Shown here: positions 1 to 9,416 of the stretch, piece by piece
Numbering within the stretch: position 1 is the stretch's first letter
How the letters are laid out: each line of letters opens with the position of its first letter
From: Pseudarthrobacter sp. P1
Lineage (GTDB): Bacteria > Actinomycetota > Actinomycetes > Actinomycetales > Micrococcaceae
Length of the DNA stretch: 32,000 nt
Direction of reading: 5' to 3'
Assembly: GCF_050156935.1 (NCBI RefSeq)
Contig: NZ_CP189584.1
Location: forward strand, 1,195,263 to 1,227,262
Program-made: the position numbers and the translations under genes
The notes under the pieces: model-generated
The model's database searches: none
Seen by the model: only the letters and a program-made list of their open reading frames with translations
What the model was told of the DNA's origin: nothing

Positions 1-474
1 TTCCGCCGCAGACGCCTTGGTCCGGCGCCGGCGCCACACCAGCAGGGCGGCAAGCGCGGCGGCGGCAACGGCAAGGATGGCAAGGGCCGCCGGGGATCCA
101 GCGGCGGCGGCAACGGCAGCGTCAAAGGCGGCCAGCCCCACCGTGGCGTAGATGACGGCCCAACAGAGTCCGCCCACCAGCGTGGCCGGGATGTAGCGCC
201 GCAGCGGCATCCGCCCCAAACCGGCGGCGGCATTCACGGCGGTCTGGAATCCGATGGTCAAAAAGCTCGCGGCCACCGCCGGGGCGCCCCAGTGGGCAAT
301 GACGGCCTCGGCCCTGGCCATGGTGGCGGAATCAAGATGCCGGGCGAACCGCGTCCTGCGCCCGCCGGCGGCCAGGCCGCGCCCGGCCCAGTAGGTGGCG
401 TTGGAGCGCAGCAGGACGATCACAAAGAGGGTGGAAAAGGCCCACTCGAAGGGCAGGGAGGTGATCTGGTCCAT
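1..474 (-). CDS. DedA/VTT-family integral membrane protein (3' end runs off the window)
   Basis: Absent from the ORF track because it has no stop inside the window. Reverse translation from ATG (474-472) reads MDQITSLPFEWAFSTLFVIVLLRSNATYWAGRGLAAGG..., hydrophobic throughout with high GC3. The family call comes from a recalled DedA-like motif and was not searched. Confidence 0.55.
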   Translation of the reverse strand, partial: MDQITSLPFEWAFSTLFVIVLLRSNATYWAGRGLAAGGRRTRFARHLDSATMARAEAVIAHWGAPAVAASFLTIGFQTAVNAAAGLGRMPLRRYIPATLVGGLCWAVIYATVGLAAFDAAVAAAAGSPAALAILAVAAAALAALLVWRRRRTKASAAE

Positions 475-657
475 TTACGCCCCGGCCGCCCGCCACGGAC
501 CGCGCACATCCGGCGCACCGGCACCGGACGGGTGGGTGGGGCTGGGGCGCATGCGAGCTCCTGGACGGCGGGGAATTTGGCAACGTGGATGTTGCGAAAT
601 TGGCTAAGGCAATCCTAACCTACCCCCGCTGCCCGGCGCCAAACAACGCCGGCCGCG

Positions 658-1167
658 CTAATACTCCGTCCGGCCCTCCAGTGCGGCCCAGGCACGGAAT
701 GGCGCCAGCGCCGAGGACTCTGGATCGTCCGCTCCGGCCGGAGCGCCGTCGACCGACAGCCTGGCCACCGGCATCGGACGCTCAGCCACCGGGGTGTCGA
801 AGAACTCGTAGAACACCGCGTCGTCAAAGCCGGCCACCGCGGCATCATGCCTGTCCGCGGCAAAGTACACGGCATCAACCCGGGCCCACAGGGCCGAAGA
901 GAGGCACATGGGGCAGGGTTCACAGCTGCTGTAGAGCACACAACCGGCCAGCGTGAACGTGCCCAGCGCCGCACAGGCGGCCCTGATGGCCGTCACCTCG
1001 GCGTGGGCGGTGGGATCGTTGGTCGCCGTCACCCGGTTGACGCCGCTGAAGGTGCGTCCGTCCGGTGCCACGATGATGGCGCCAAAGGGTCCACCGCCGT
1101 CGGCGACATTGTCGGTGGCCAAGTCAACGGCCGCTGCGAGGTGGCGGCCGTGCGTGTTGTTGTCCAT
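658..1167 (-). CDS. guaD: Guanine deaminase (CDA-fold zinc deaminase, B. subtilis GuaD type)
   Basis: Zinc motifs HAEV...CEPCPMC and GGPFGA are present, and the C-terminal tail ...PFRAWAALEGRTEY closely parallels GuaD. Start was moved to the internal MDNNTHGRH; the upstream extension to 1245 is Arg/Gly-rich and non-conserved in appearance. Confidence 0.8.
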   Translation of the reverse strand: MDNNTHGRHLAAAVDLATDNVADGGGPFGAIIVAPDGRTFSGVNRVTATNDPTAHAEVTAIRAACAALGTFTLAGCVLYSSCEPCPMCLSSALWARVDAVYFAADRHDAAVAGFDDAVFYEFFDTPVAERPMPVARLSVDGAPAGADDPESSALAPFRAWAALEGRTEY

Positions 1168-1384
1168 GATCCCCTTGCGCCTTTCGCGGAGCCGCCCGAC
1201 GGCGCAGGCCAGCCGCCCGCGGCAAACGTCCGCCCCACCACCCAATGTATCCGGATATGACGCATATTTTTGTTGGCCGCGTCACATCCACTTGGTTTCC
1301 CCATATTCGGGGCAATAGTGTCCTGCGTACGGAAGCCTGTGCATCAACGAAGATGCCGGCATGGCCGTTCCAGGAGGAATATCA

Positions 1385-2809
1385 ATGGTAAGTCCCAGCC
1401 CCGGCAATTCGATCACCCTGCGCGTTGAAGCGCCCTCGAGTTTCACGGCCACCAGCGAAATCACCGCCGCCGTCGCCAACGCCGGCGCCCTGATCACCGC
1501 CCTGGACGTCACCGAGTCCCACCAGGACCGCATCGTCGTGGACGTCACCTGCAACACCTCCAGCGAGGCCCACGCGGAGACGATCAAGGACGCCCTGAAC
1601 GCCCTGGCGGGCGTGCACGTGCGCAAGGTCTCCGACCGCACCTTCCTGATGCACCTGGGCGGCAAGCTCGAGGTCGTGCCCAAGGTCGCCCTGCGCAACC
1701 GCGACGACCTCTCCCGCGCCTACACCCCCGGCGTGGCCCGCGTCTGCATGGCCATCGCCGAAAACCCCGAGGACGCCCGCCGGCTGACCATCAAGCGCAA
1801 CACCGTCGCCGTGGTCACCGACGGCTCCGCCGTGCTGGGCCTGGGCAACATCGGCCCGGCCGCGGCCCTGCCGGTGATGGAGGGCAAGGCGGCCCTGTTC
1901 AAGCAGTTCGCCAACGTCGACGCCTGGCCGGTCTGCCTGGACACCCAGGACACCGAGGAAATCATCATGATCGTCAAGGCCATCGCCCCGGTCTACGGCG
2001 GCATCAACCTCGAGGACATCGCCGCCCCGCGCTGCTTCGAGATCGAGGCCCGGCTGCGCGCCGAACTGGACATCCCGGTCTTCCACGACGACCAGCACGG
2101 CACCGCCATCGTCACCCTCGCCGCCCTGGTCAACGCCCTGCGCGTGGTCGAGAAGAAAATCGCCGACGTGAAGATCGTCGTCGCCGGGGTCGGCGCCGCC
2201 GGCAACGCCATCATCCAGCTCCTGCTCGCCCAGGGCGCCGTGAACGTCGTCGCCTGCGGGCGCACCGGGGCGATCAACCGCGACGAAACCTACACCGACG
2301 CGCACCGGACCTGGCTGGCCGAGCACACCAACCCGGAGAACTTCACCGGCTCCCTGCACGACGCCGTCGCCGGCGCTGACGTCTTCATCGGCGTTTCGGG
2401 CCCCAACGTGCTCGGCGAGGCGCAGGTCGCCTCGATGGCCAAGGACTCGATCATCTTCGCGATGGCCAACCCGACCCCCGAGGTCGACCCGGCGATCGCG
2501 GCCAAGTACGCCGCCGTCGTGGCCACCGGCCGCAGCGACTTCCCGAACCAGATCAACAACGTCCTGGCCTTCCCGGGCCTGTTCCGCGGCCTGCTCGACG
2601 CCGGCGTTTCGGACATCACCCCGGAAATGCTCGTCGCCGCGGCCGAGGCCATCGCCAACCGCGTCGGGGACGGGGAGCTCAACGCCTCCTTCATCATCCC
2701 CAGCGTCTTTGACCCGCACGTGGCCGGCGACGTCGCCGAGGCCATCATCGGCGTCGTCCACGCCGCCCGCGACGCCCACGCCAAGCTCCTGGACGGGGCC
2801 CACGTCTAA
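1385..2809 (+). CDS. NAD(P)-dependent malic enzyme with N-terminal ACT-like domain
   Basis: Malic-enzyme motifs are present: [43 protein letters not shown] Rossmann motif, [14 protein letters not shown] 1385 has a strong RBS (caGGAGGaatatcaATG). Confidence 0.9.
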   Translation: MVSPSPGNSITLRVEAPSSFTATSEITAAVANAGALITALDVTESHQDRIVVDVTCNTSSEAHAETIKDALNALAGVHVRKVSDRTFLMHLGGKLEVVPKVALRNRDDLSRAYTPGVARVCMAIAENPEDARRLTIKRNTVAVVTDGSAVLGLGNIGPAAALPVMEGKAALFKQFANVDAWPVCLDTQDTEEIIMIVKAIAPVYGGINLEDIAAPRCFEIEARLRAELDIPVFHDDQHGTAIVTLAALVNALRVVEKKIADVKIVVAGVGAAGNAIIQLLLAQGAVNVVACGRTGAINRDETYTDAHRTWLAEHTNPENFTGSLHDAVAGADVFIGVSGPNVLGEAQVASMAKDSIIFAMANPTPEVDPAIAAKYAAVVATGRSDFPNQINNVLAFPGLFRGLLDAGVSDITPEMLVAAAEAIANRVGDGELNASFIIPSVFDPHVAGDVAEAIIGVVHAARDAHAKLLDGAHV

Positions 2810-2947
2810 CAGGCATGGTTGGCGGCACACGGCCGCCGGCGCGGACCGGGCCATCCTTCACCGGGTGGCCCGGGACCTGCCGGGCGGGTCCGCGCTGCCT
2901 GTTTCAGGCCCCTGTTTCCGGCCCGCGGCGAGGACTAGCATCGTGGC

Positions 2948-4589
2948 ATGACCACCGAGGCCCCGGCCCAACCCTCCTACACATCCGGCACGTCAACGGT
3001 CCCGCTGCTGGGCGAGACCATCGGGGAAAACCTGTCCCGGCTGGCCCTGCGGTTCGCCGACCGCGAGGCACTGGTGGATGTGCCGTCCGGGCGGCGCTGG
3101 ACCTATGCGGAACTGCGCCACGACGTCGGCGAGCTGGCCCGCGGCCTGCTGGCCGCCGGCGTCGGCAAGGGCGACCGGGTGGGCATCTGGGCACCCAACT
3201 GCCCCGAATGGGTGCTGGTGCAATACGCCACGGCCACGATCGGGGCCATCCTGGTCAACGTCAACCCGTCCTACCGCACCCATGAACTGACCCACGCCAT
3301 CACGCAATCGGGCCTGCGGATGATCATTGCCCTGCCCGGTTTCAAGACCACCGACTACCGCGGCATGCTCCAGGAGGCGGCCCCCAACTGCCCCGGGCTG
3401 TCGCGGATCGTCTACATCGGCACACCGGACTGGGACGCCCTGGTGGCCGGAGGCGCCGGGCTCCCCGCCACCGCCGTGCCGGAGGCGATGTCGAAGCTGA
3501 GCGCGGACGATCCCATCAACATCCAGTACACCTCCGGCACCACGGGTTTTCCCAAGGGCGCCACGCTGAGCCACCACAACATCCTCAACAACGGCTACTT
3601 CGTCACGGAGACCATCGGCTTCACCGAGGCGGACCGGCTCTGCGTCCCGGTGCCGTTCTACCACTGCGTCGGCATGGTCATGGGCAACCTCGGCGCCACC
3701 TCGCACGGCGCCGCGATCGTCATCCCGGCCCCCTCCTTCGACGCCGCGGCCACGCTGGCGGCCGTGCACGACCAGCGGTGCACGGCACTGTACGGCGTGC
3801 CCACCATGTTCATCGCCGAGCTGGCGCTGCCCGGCTTCTCCGGCTACGACCTCTCCAGCCTGCGCACCGGCATCATGGCCGGCTCCCCGTGCCCGGTGGA
3901 AATCATGAAGCGCATTCTGGCGGAGATGCACATGGGCGCCGTCTCCATCGCCTACGGCATGACGGAGACCTCCCCGGTGTCCATGCAGACCCAGCCCGAC
4001 GACGACGTCGACCACCGCACCGCGACGGTGGGCCGGGTGCACCCGCACCTGGAGGTCAAGATCGTGGATCCGGCCACCGGCCTGACGGTCCCGCGCGGGA
4101 TGCCGGGCGAATTCTGCACCCGCGGCTATTCGGGCATGCTGGGCTACTGGAACGATCCGGAGAAGACCGCCGCGGCCATCCGACGCGGCCCGCTGGATGC
4201 ACACCGGGGACCTGGCCGAAATGCGCGGCGACGGCTACGTCAACATTGTCGGCCGGATCAAGGACATGGTGATCCGCGGCGGGGAGAACCTGTATCCCCG
4301 GGAGATCGAGGAATTCCTATACGGCCACCCGGACGTGGCCGACGTCCAGGTGGTGGGCGTCCCGGACGCCACCTACGGCGAGGAACTGTGCGCCTGGCTG
4401 CGCATGCGGGAGGGCGCCACCCCGCTGGACCAGGCCGCCGTCGCCGCCTTCTGTGCCGGCAGGCTCTCCCGGCACAAGATCCCCCGCTACGTCCTGGTGG
4501 TGGACGAATTCCCGATGACCGTCACCGGCAAGGTGCGCAAGATGGACATGCGCGAACGCTCCATCGAACTGTTGGGCCTCACAGGATAG
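2948..4589 (+). pseudogene. AMP-binding acyl-CoA synthetase/ligase interrupted by a +1/-2 frameshift near 4181
   Basis: Frame 2 (2948-~4180) carries the adenylation motifs [20 protein letters not shown] and [13 protein letters not shown]. The conserved continuation (D)[44 protein letters not shown]...TVTGKVRK is in frame 0 (ORF 4197-4589). The frame-2 tail to 4645 is Arg/Pro/Gly junk. Confidence 0.75.
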
Positions 4590-4684
4590 CCATCCCTGCC
4601 GCAGGGAAAATCCGTAGCCAGCGCACCGGTTCTGCGCTTTACTGAAGTTGTCCCATTGCGGCCATCAGAGAGAGGTCGGCGACC

Positions 4685-5146
4685 ATGGATTCAGGGCAGC
4701 TGGCATGGACCATCATTGTGATCATTGTGCTTCTGGTGGTCATTGGTGCGGTGATTTTCTTTGGGCGGCGGTGGAAGAAGACCAAGGACCATGAGCGTGC
4801 GGACAATCTCCGCCAGTCGGCGGCAGCCGACGAGCTCGGTGCGCGGGAGAGCGAAGCCAAGGCCGCCAGGGCCGCGGCGGACGCACAACAGGCCGACGTG
4901 GATGCTGCGCACCTGCGCGACGAGGCCCACCAGCGCCAAGCCGACGCCGAGTCGGTCCGGTCCCGCTCCGAGGAACAGGCCAGAAAGGCCGAGGCGCTGG
5001 ATCCGCTGGTCGACGACAGCGAGCCACCGCAGCCCGATCCGTCCGGAAGAGAGGCCGAGGAGGCCGCCGACATCCGGCCGCGCCATGCCGTGGACGGAGG
5101 CGCGGATGGAAAAGACACCCGTGGCGACGAGCGGACGGGCATCTGA
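4685..5146 (+). CDS. Hypothetical membrane-anchored protein (one N-terminal TM helix, charged Ala/Glu/Asp/Arg-rich tail)
   Basis: N-terminus AWTIIVIIVLLVVIGAVIFFGRRWKK is a TM helix with a positive-inside stop-transfer. A purine-rich RBS (gagagagg) lies upstream. No family was recognised. Confidence 0.55.
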   Translation: MDSGQLAWTIIVIIVLLVVIGAVIFFGRRWKKTKDHERADNLRQSAAADELGARESEAKAARAAADAQQADVDAAHLRDEAHQRQADAESVRSRSEEQARKAEALDPLVDDSEPPQPDPSGREAEEAADIRPRHAVDGGADGKDTRGDERTGI

Positions 5147-5175
5147 CCCGCCCACCCCCGGCGTCCGAAAATCTA

Positions 5176-5204
5176 TTGCGATTCATGGCCCGCAAGCCTA
5201 GATT
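5176..5204 (+). promoter_or_regulatory. Candidate sigma-70/SigA-type promoter of the hydrogenase operon
   Basis: TTGCGA (5176-5181), 17 nt, TAGATT (5199-5204), about 24 nt upstream of the hypA ATG. This is a pattern match only. Confidence 0.35.
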
Positions 5205-5227
5205 GGGTGGAACGAGGTGGTACGCCG

Positions 5228-5557
5228 ATGCACGAACTCTCCATCACTCAAAGCTTGGTTGATGCGGTCCTTGACCGGACCGGTGATCGGCACGTGACCG
5301 GCGTGAACCTGCGGATCGGCCGTTTGAGTGGCGTCCTGCCGGATGCCGTCCGCTTCTGTTTTGAACTCGTCTCGGAGGGAACCCCGCTGGCCGGGGCGCA
5401 ACTGCGCATCGACGAGCCTCCCGGCCGGGTCCGGTGCCGAAGCTGCCGCCAGGAATCCGTCCTGCCGGACATGTTTGCGCTGTGCACCTGCGGCAGCGCC
5501 GACGTCGAAGTCACAGGCGGGAGGGAACTCATGCTCGCCTCGGTGGAAGTGGGATAG
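5228..5557 (+). CDS. hypA: Hydrogenase nickel-insertion protein HypA
   Basis: Begins with the MHELSI signature and contains a zinc-site CxxC...CxC (CRSCRQ...CTCGS). Start was set at MHEL rather than the upstream 5207. Confidence 0.9.
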   Translation: MHELSITQSLVDAVLDRTGDRHVTGVNLRIGRLSGVLPDAVRFCFELVSEGTPLAGAQLRIDEPPGRVRCRSCRQESVLPDMFALCTCGSADVEVTGGRELMLASVEVG

Positions 5558-5559
5558 CC

Positions 5560-6453
5560 ATGTGCAGCACGTGCGGTTGCGGCGACGACGGCGGGACGCG
5601 TGTGTCGACGCTGTTGGGAACCCCCGTGGTCCACGACCATGGGCACGCTGCCGGCGCGGACCATGTCCACGACCACCCGCACGACGGCGGCCACGACCAC
5701 GGGCACGACCATCCGCACACGCATGCGGGCCCGGCGGAGGACGGCCACGGCACCCCGGCCACCATCACCCTCGAGCAGAAGGTGCTGGCCAAAAACGATT
5801 TGTTGGCCGCTAGGAACCGCGGCTGGCTGGAGGGCCGGGGCATCCGGGCGCTGAATGTGATGAGCTCCCCCGGCGCCGGCAAAACCACCCTGTTGGTCCG
5901 CACCATCAGGGACCTCGGCGACCGGCTGACAATCGGCGTGGTCGAAGGGGACCAGGAAACCTCGCTGGACGCAGACCGGATCCGCGCCACCGGACGGAAG
6001 GTCATCCAGATCAACACCGGATCCGGGTGCCATCTGGATGCCGACATGCTCCAGCGCGGCCTCACAGCCCTCGACCCGGAGATGGGGTCGACGGTATTCA
6101 TCGAAAACGTCGGCAACCTGGTCTGCCCGGCGCTCTTTGACTTGGGGGAAGCGGCAAAAGTGGTAGTAATTTCCGTTCCGGAGGGCGACGATAAACCGCA
6201 AAAATATCCCCATATGTTCATGGCGGCGGATCTGGTGATTGTCAACAAATCGGATCTGCTCCCGTACGTTGAATTCGACGTGGAGAAGTGCCGCCGCCAG
6301 GCGCGGCGGTTGAATCCCGGCGTCGAGTTCCTCACCGTTTCGGCCACCACCGGCGAAGGCCTGGCTGGCTGGTACGACTGGATTCTGAAGGATCCTGGAT
6401 CGTCAACGGCGCATGGGGCCGCCACAACGCAACCACTGCGCGTCCGTGCCTGA
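5560..6453 (+). CDS. hypB: Hydrogenase nickel-incorporation GTPase HypB with His-rich N-terminal stretch
   Basis: N-terminal MCSTCGCG metal motif, His-rich run HDHGHAAGADHVHDHPHDGGHDHGHDHPHTH, P-loop SPGAGKTTLL, and ENVGNLVCP and NKSDL GTPase motifs. The ATG lies 3 nt after the hypA stop. Confidence 0.9.
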   Translation: MCSTCGCGDDGGTRVSTLLGTPVVHDHGHAAGADHVHDHPHDGGHDHGHDHPHTHAGPAEDGHGTPATITLEQKVLAKNDLLAARNRGWLEGRGIRALNVMSSPGAGKTTLLVRTIRDLGDRLTIGVVEGDQETSLDADRIRATGRKVIQINTGSGCHLDADMLQRGLTALDPEMGSTVFIENVGNLVCPALFDLGEAAKVVVISVPEGDDKPQKYPHMFMAADLVIVNKSDLLPYVEFDVEKCRRQARRLNPGVEFLTVSATTGEGLAGWYDWILKDPGSSTAHGAATTQPLRVRA

Positions 6454-6512
6454 GGTCCAGGCCAGCGCATAACGAGCCCGCGCTCCAGCCAGCGGGGCTC
6501 TCGAAGGAGGCA

Positions 6513-7574
6513 ATGATGCCTACAGCAGCTGCGATCAAAGCCGAAGAGACCCTCATCCATGTTTTGTGGATCAATGCCGGACTCAGTTGCGACGGTGACT
6601 CGGTCGCCCTGACGGCGGCAACGCAGCCCAGCGTTGAGGAGATCGCGTTGGGTGCACTGCCCGGTCTGCCGAAGATCGCGATGCACTGGCCGCTGATTGA
6701 TTTTGAATGCGGCCCGCAGGAAGGCGCCGATGATTTCCTCGAGTGGTTCCGCAAGGCGGACCGCGGGGAACTCGAGCCGTTTGTCCTGGTAGTTGAAGGA
6801 TCCATCCCCAACGAAAAGCTCCATGCCGAAGGCGGCTATTGGTCCGGATTCGGCAACAACCTGGAAACCGGCCAGCCCATCACCACCAGCGAATGGCTGG
6901 ACAAGCTGGCACCGAAAGCCACGGCCATCATCGCCGCCGGCACCTGCGCCGCCTACGGCGGCATCCATGCGATGGCGGGAAACCCCACCGGTGCCATGGG
7001 CGTCCCGGACTACCTCGGCTATGACTGGAAGTCCAAGGCGGGCATCCCCATTGTCTGCGTGCCCGGTTGCCCGATCCAGCCCGACAACCTCTCCGAAACC
7101 ATCACCTATCTGCTGTACCTGGCCACTGGCCAGGCACCGATGATCCCCCTGGACGAATCGCTGCGGCCCACCTGGCTGTTCGGACGGACGGTGCATGAAG
7201 GATGCGACCGTGCGGGCTACTACGAACAGGGCGACTTCGCCACCGAATACGGCTCACCCAAGTGCATTGTGAAGCTGGGCTGCTGGGGTCCGGTGGTCAA
7301 GTGCAATGTCCCCAAGCGGGGCTGGATGAACGGCATCGGCGGCTGCCCCAACGTTGGTGGCATCTGCATCGGCTGCACCATGCCGGGCTTCCCCGACAAG
7401 TTCATGCCCTTCATGGACGAACCTCCCGGCGGCATTCTGTCCACGAACGCCGTCAAGCCCTACGGCGCGGCGGTGCGGGCCCTGCGGCACATCACCATGA
7501 ACACACTGGACAAGGAACCGCGCTGGCGCAAGAACGGCCACGAACTGCTCACAGGCGCCATCCGCACCTGGTAG
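6513..7574 (+). CDS. hhyS: [NiFe]-hydrogenase small subunit, group 1h/5 (no Tat signal)
   Basis: Starts directly at the conserved core (LIHVLWINAGLSCDGDS) after RBS GAAGGAGG. Fe-S ligand Cys patterns are GTCAAYGG, CVPGCP, and HEGC...KCIVKLGCWGPVVKCNV...GGCPNVGGICIGC. Confidence 0.9.
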   Translation: MMPTAAAIKAEETLIHVLWINAGLSCDGDSVALTAATQPSVEEIALGALPGLPKIAMHWPLIDFECGPQEGADDFLEWFRKADRGELEPFVLVVEGSIPNEKLHAEGGYWSGFGNNLETGQPITTSEWLDKLAPKATAIIAAGTCAAYGGIHAMAGNPTGAMGVPDYLGYDWKSKAGIPIVCVPGCPIQPDNLSETITYLLYLATGQAPMIPLDESLRPTWLFGRTVHEGCDRAGYYEQGDFATEYGSPKCIVKLGCWGPVVKCNVPKRGWMNGIGGCPNVGGICIGCTMPGFPDKFMPFMDEPPGGILSTNAVKPYGAAVRALRHITMNTLDKEPRWRKNGHELLTGAIRTW

Positions 7575-7616
7575 TCCTTCCGACCCGGCAATCGCCACAA
7601 GAAGAGAGGCGAGGCA

Positions 7617-9410
7617 ATGACCTCGACGATTCCATCACACAACCAAGGCGGCGCCAACGGCAACGAGCTGGTGGAGATGGCGTGGGATCCCATCACCAGG
7701 ATCGTGGGCAGCCTCGGCATCTACACCAAAATCGACTTCGCCAACCGTGAAGTGGTGGAATGCCACAGCACGTCGTCGATTTTCCGCGGCTATTCCATCT
7801 TCATGCGCGGGAAGGACCCCCGGGACGCCCACTTCATCACCAGCCGGATCTGCGGAATCTGCGGCGACAACCACGCCACGTGCTCCTGTTATGCCCAGAA
7901 CATGGCCTACGGGGTCAAGCCGCCGCACCTTGGCGAGTGGATCGTGAATTTGGGCGAGGCCGCCGAGTACATGTTTGACCACAACATCTTCCAAGAGAAT
8001 CTGGTGGGTGTGGACTACTGCGAAAGGATGGTCGCGGAGACCAACCCCGGGGTCCTGGCCAAGGCGGAGAACACCCGCGCCCCGCATGAGGGCGACCACG
8101 GCTACCGGACCATCGCGGACATCATGCGCTCACTCAACCCTTTCACCGGGGAGTTCTACCGCGAAGCTCTGCAGGTCAGCAGGCTCACCCGTGAAATGTT
8201 CTGCCTGATGGAGGGGCGCCACGTGCACCCCTCCACGCTCTACCCCGGCGGCGTGGGCACGGTGGCCACCATCCAGCTCATGACCGACTACATCACCCGG
8301 TTGATGCGCTATGTCGAGTTCATGAAGAAGGTCGTGCCGATGCATGATGACCTCTTCGACTTCTTCTACGACGCACTGCCGGGGTACGAGCAGGTGGGCC
8401 TGCGGCGCACCCTGCTCGGATGCTGGGGCTCGTTCCAGGATCCGGATTTCTGCAACTTTGCGTACAAGGACATGACGGAGTGGGGACGGAAAATGTTCGT
8501 CACCCCCGGCGTCGTCGTCGATGGGAAACTGGTAACCACGGACCTGGTGCGGATCAACCTCGGCATCCGGATCATGCTCGGCTCCTCCTACTACGAGGAC
8601 TGGGGCGACCAGGAAATGTTCGTCACGCACGACCCGCTGGGAAATCCCGTGGACCGGCGCCACCCCTGGAACCAGCACACCAACCCCAAGCCGCAGCGGC
8701 GGGACCTCGACGACAAGTACAGCTGGGTGATGTCGCCGCGCTGGAATGACGGCCAGGACAATCTGGCACTGGACACCGGGGGCGGGCCCCTGGCCCGGCT
8801 GTGGTCCACGGCGCTGGCGGGGTTGGTGGACATCGGCTACATCAAGTCCACCGGACACAGCGTGGAGATCAACCTTCCCAAGACCGCGCTCAAGGGCCCG
8901 GTGTCGATGGAATGGAAGATTCCGCAGTGGAGCAACACGCTGGAACGCAACCGCGCCCGGACCTACTTCCAGGCGTACGCCGCGGCCGCGGCCCTGCACT
9001 TCGCGGAGAAGGCGCTGGAGGAAATCCGCGCCGGGCGGACCAAGACCTGGGAGTCGTTCGAGGTCCCGGATGAGGCCGTGAGCTGCGGATTCACCGAGGC
9101 CGTCCGCGGCGTCCTGTCGCACCACATGGTGATCCGCGACGGCAAGATTGCGAACTACCACCCCTACCCGCCCACCCCATGGAACGCCAGCCCGCGCGAC
9201 GCCTCCGGCACGCCGGGACCCTACGAGGACGCCGTCCAGGGCCAGCCCATCTTTGAGGAGAACGACCGGGAGCATTTCAAGGGCATCGACATCATGCGCA
9301 CGGTGCGCAGTTTCGATCCGTGCCTGCCCTGCGGCGTGCACATGTACCTAGGTGACGGCAAGAGCCTGGACGTCCTGCACTCCCCGACGCAGTCGCTCAC
9401 CGGCGAGTAG
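7617..9410 (+). CDS. hhyL: [NiFe]-hydrogenase large subunit, group 1h/5 (high-affinity Hhy type)
   Basis: N-terminal Ni-Fe motif TSRICGICGDNHATCS and C-terminal motif SFDPCLPCGVH, followed by a 22-aa extension (MYLGDG...) that would be the endopeptidase substrate. These two signatures match those recalled for group 5/1h enzymes. Confidence 0.93.
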   Translation: MTSTIPSHNQGGANGNELVEMAWDPITRIVGSLGIYTKIDFANREVVECHSTSSIFRGYSIFMRGKDPRDAHFITSRICGICGDNHATCSCYAQNMAYGVKPPHLGEWIVNLGEAAEYMFDHNIFQENLVGVDYCERMVAETNPGVLAKAENTRAPHEGDHGYRTIADIMRSLNPFTGEFYREALQVSRLTREMFCLMEGRHVHPSTLYPGGVGTVATIQLMTDYITRLMRYVEFMKKVVPMHDDLFDFFYDALPGYEQVGLRRTLLGCWGSFQDPDFCNFAYKDMTEWGRKMFVTPGVVVDGKLVTTDLVRINLGIRIMLGSSYYEDWGDQEMFVTHDPLGNPVDRRHPWNQHTNPKPQRRDLDDKYSWVMSPRWNDGQDNLALDTGGGPLARLWSTALAGLVDIGYIKSTGHSVEINLPKTALKGPVSMEWKIPQWSNTLERNRARTYFQAYAAAAALHFAEKALEEIRAGRTKTWESFEVPDEAVSCGFTEAVRGVLSHHMVIRDGKIANYHPYPPTPWNASPRDASGTPGPYEDAVQGQPIFEENDREHFKGIDIMRTVRSFDPCLPCGVHMYLGDGKSLDVLHSPTQSLTGE

Positions 9411-9416
9411 CCGGCC

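Noticed and set aside
1382-2854. 490-aa minus-strand ORF opposite the malic enzyme gene. Similar long ORFs occur at 2993-4204(-), 5529-7196(-), 8130-9341(-), 9348-10463(-), 11744-13288(-), 12700-13965(-), 19418-20797(+), 21224-23479(+), 25993-26811(+), 27148-29193(+) and 30035-31774(+).
   Set aside because: These are antisense shadow ORFs typical of high-GC DNA. Their products are monotonous Gly/Arg/Ala/Asp/Val/His-rich strings with no motifs, and each lies opposite a gene with clear family signatures and proper GC3 bias.
4190-4645. C-terminal 150 aa of the 565-aa track ORF, taken as the genuine end of the acyl-CoA synthetase.
   Set aside because: It is Arg/Pro/Gly-rich nonsense. The conserved A8-A10 adenylation motifs (WMHTGD, GRIKD, GKVRK) are in the other frame (4197-4589), so it is a frameshift artefact.
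5620-5745. Repetitive cac/gac/ggc codon run that looks like a tandem DNA repeat.
   Set aside because: It encodes the His/Asp/Gly-rich nickel-binding tract of HypB. It is low-complexity coding sequence, not a repeat element or CRISPR.
6288-6512. N-terminal extension of the small-subunit ORF containing SRRRVPHRF, which superficially resembles a twin-arginine (Tat) motif.
   Set aside because: It overlaps the hypB coding region in another frame and lacks a hydrophobic h-region. The well-placed RBS (GAAGGAGG) precedes ATG 6513, and group 1h small subunits are known to lack Tat signals.
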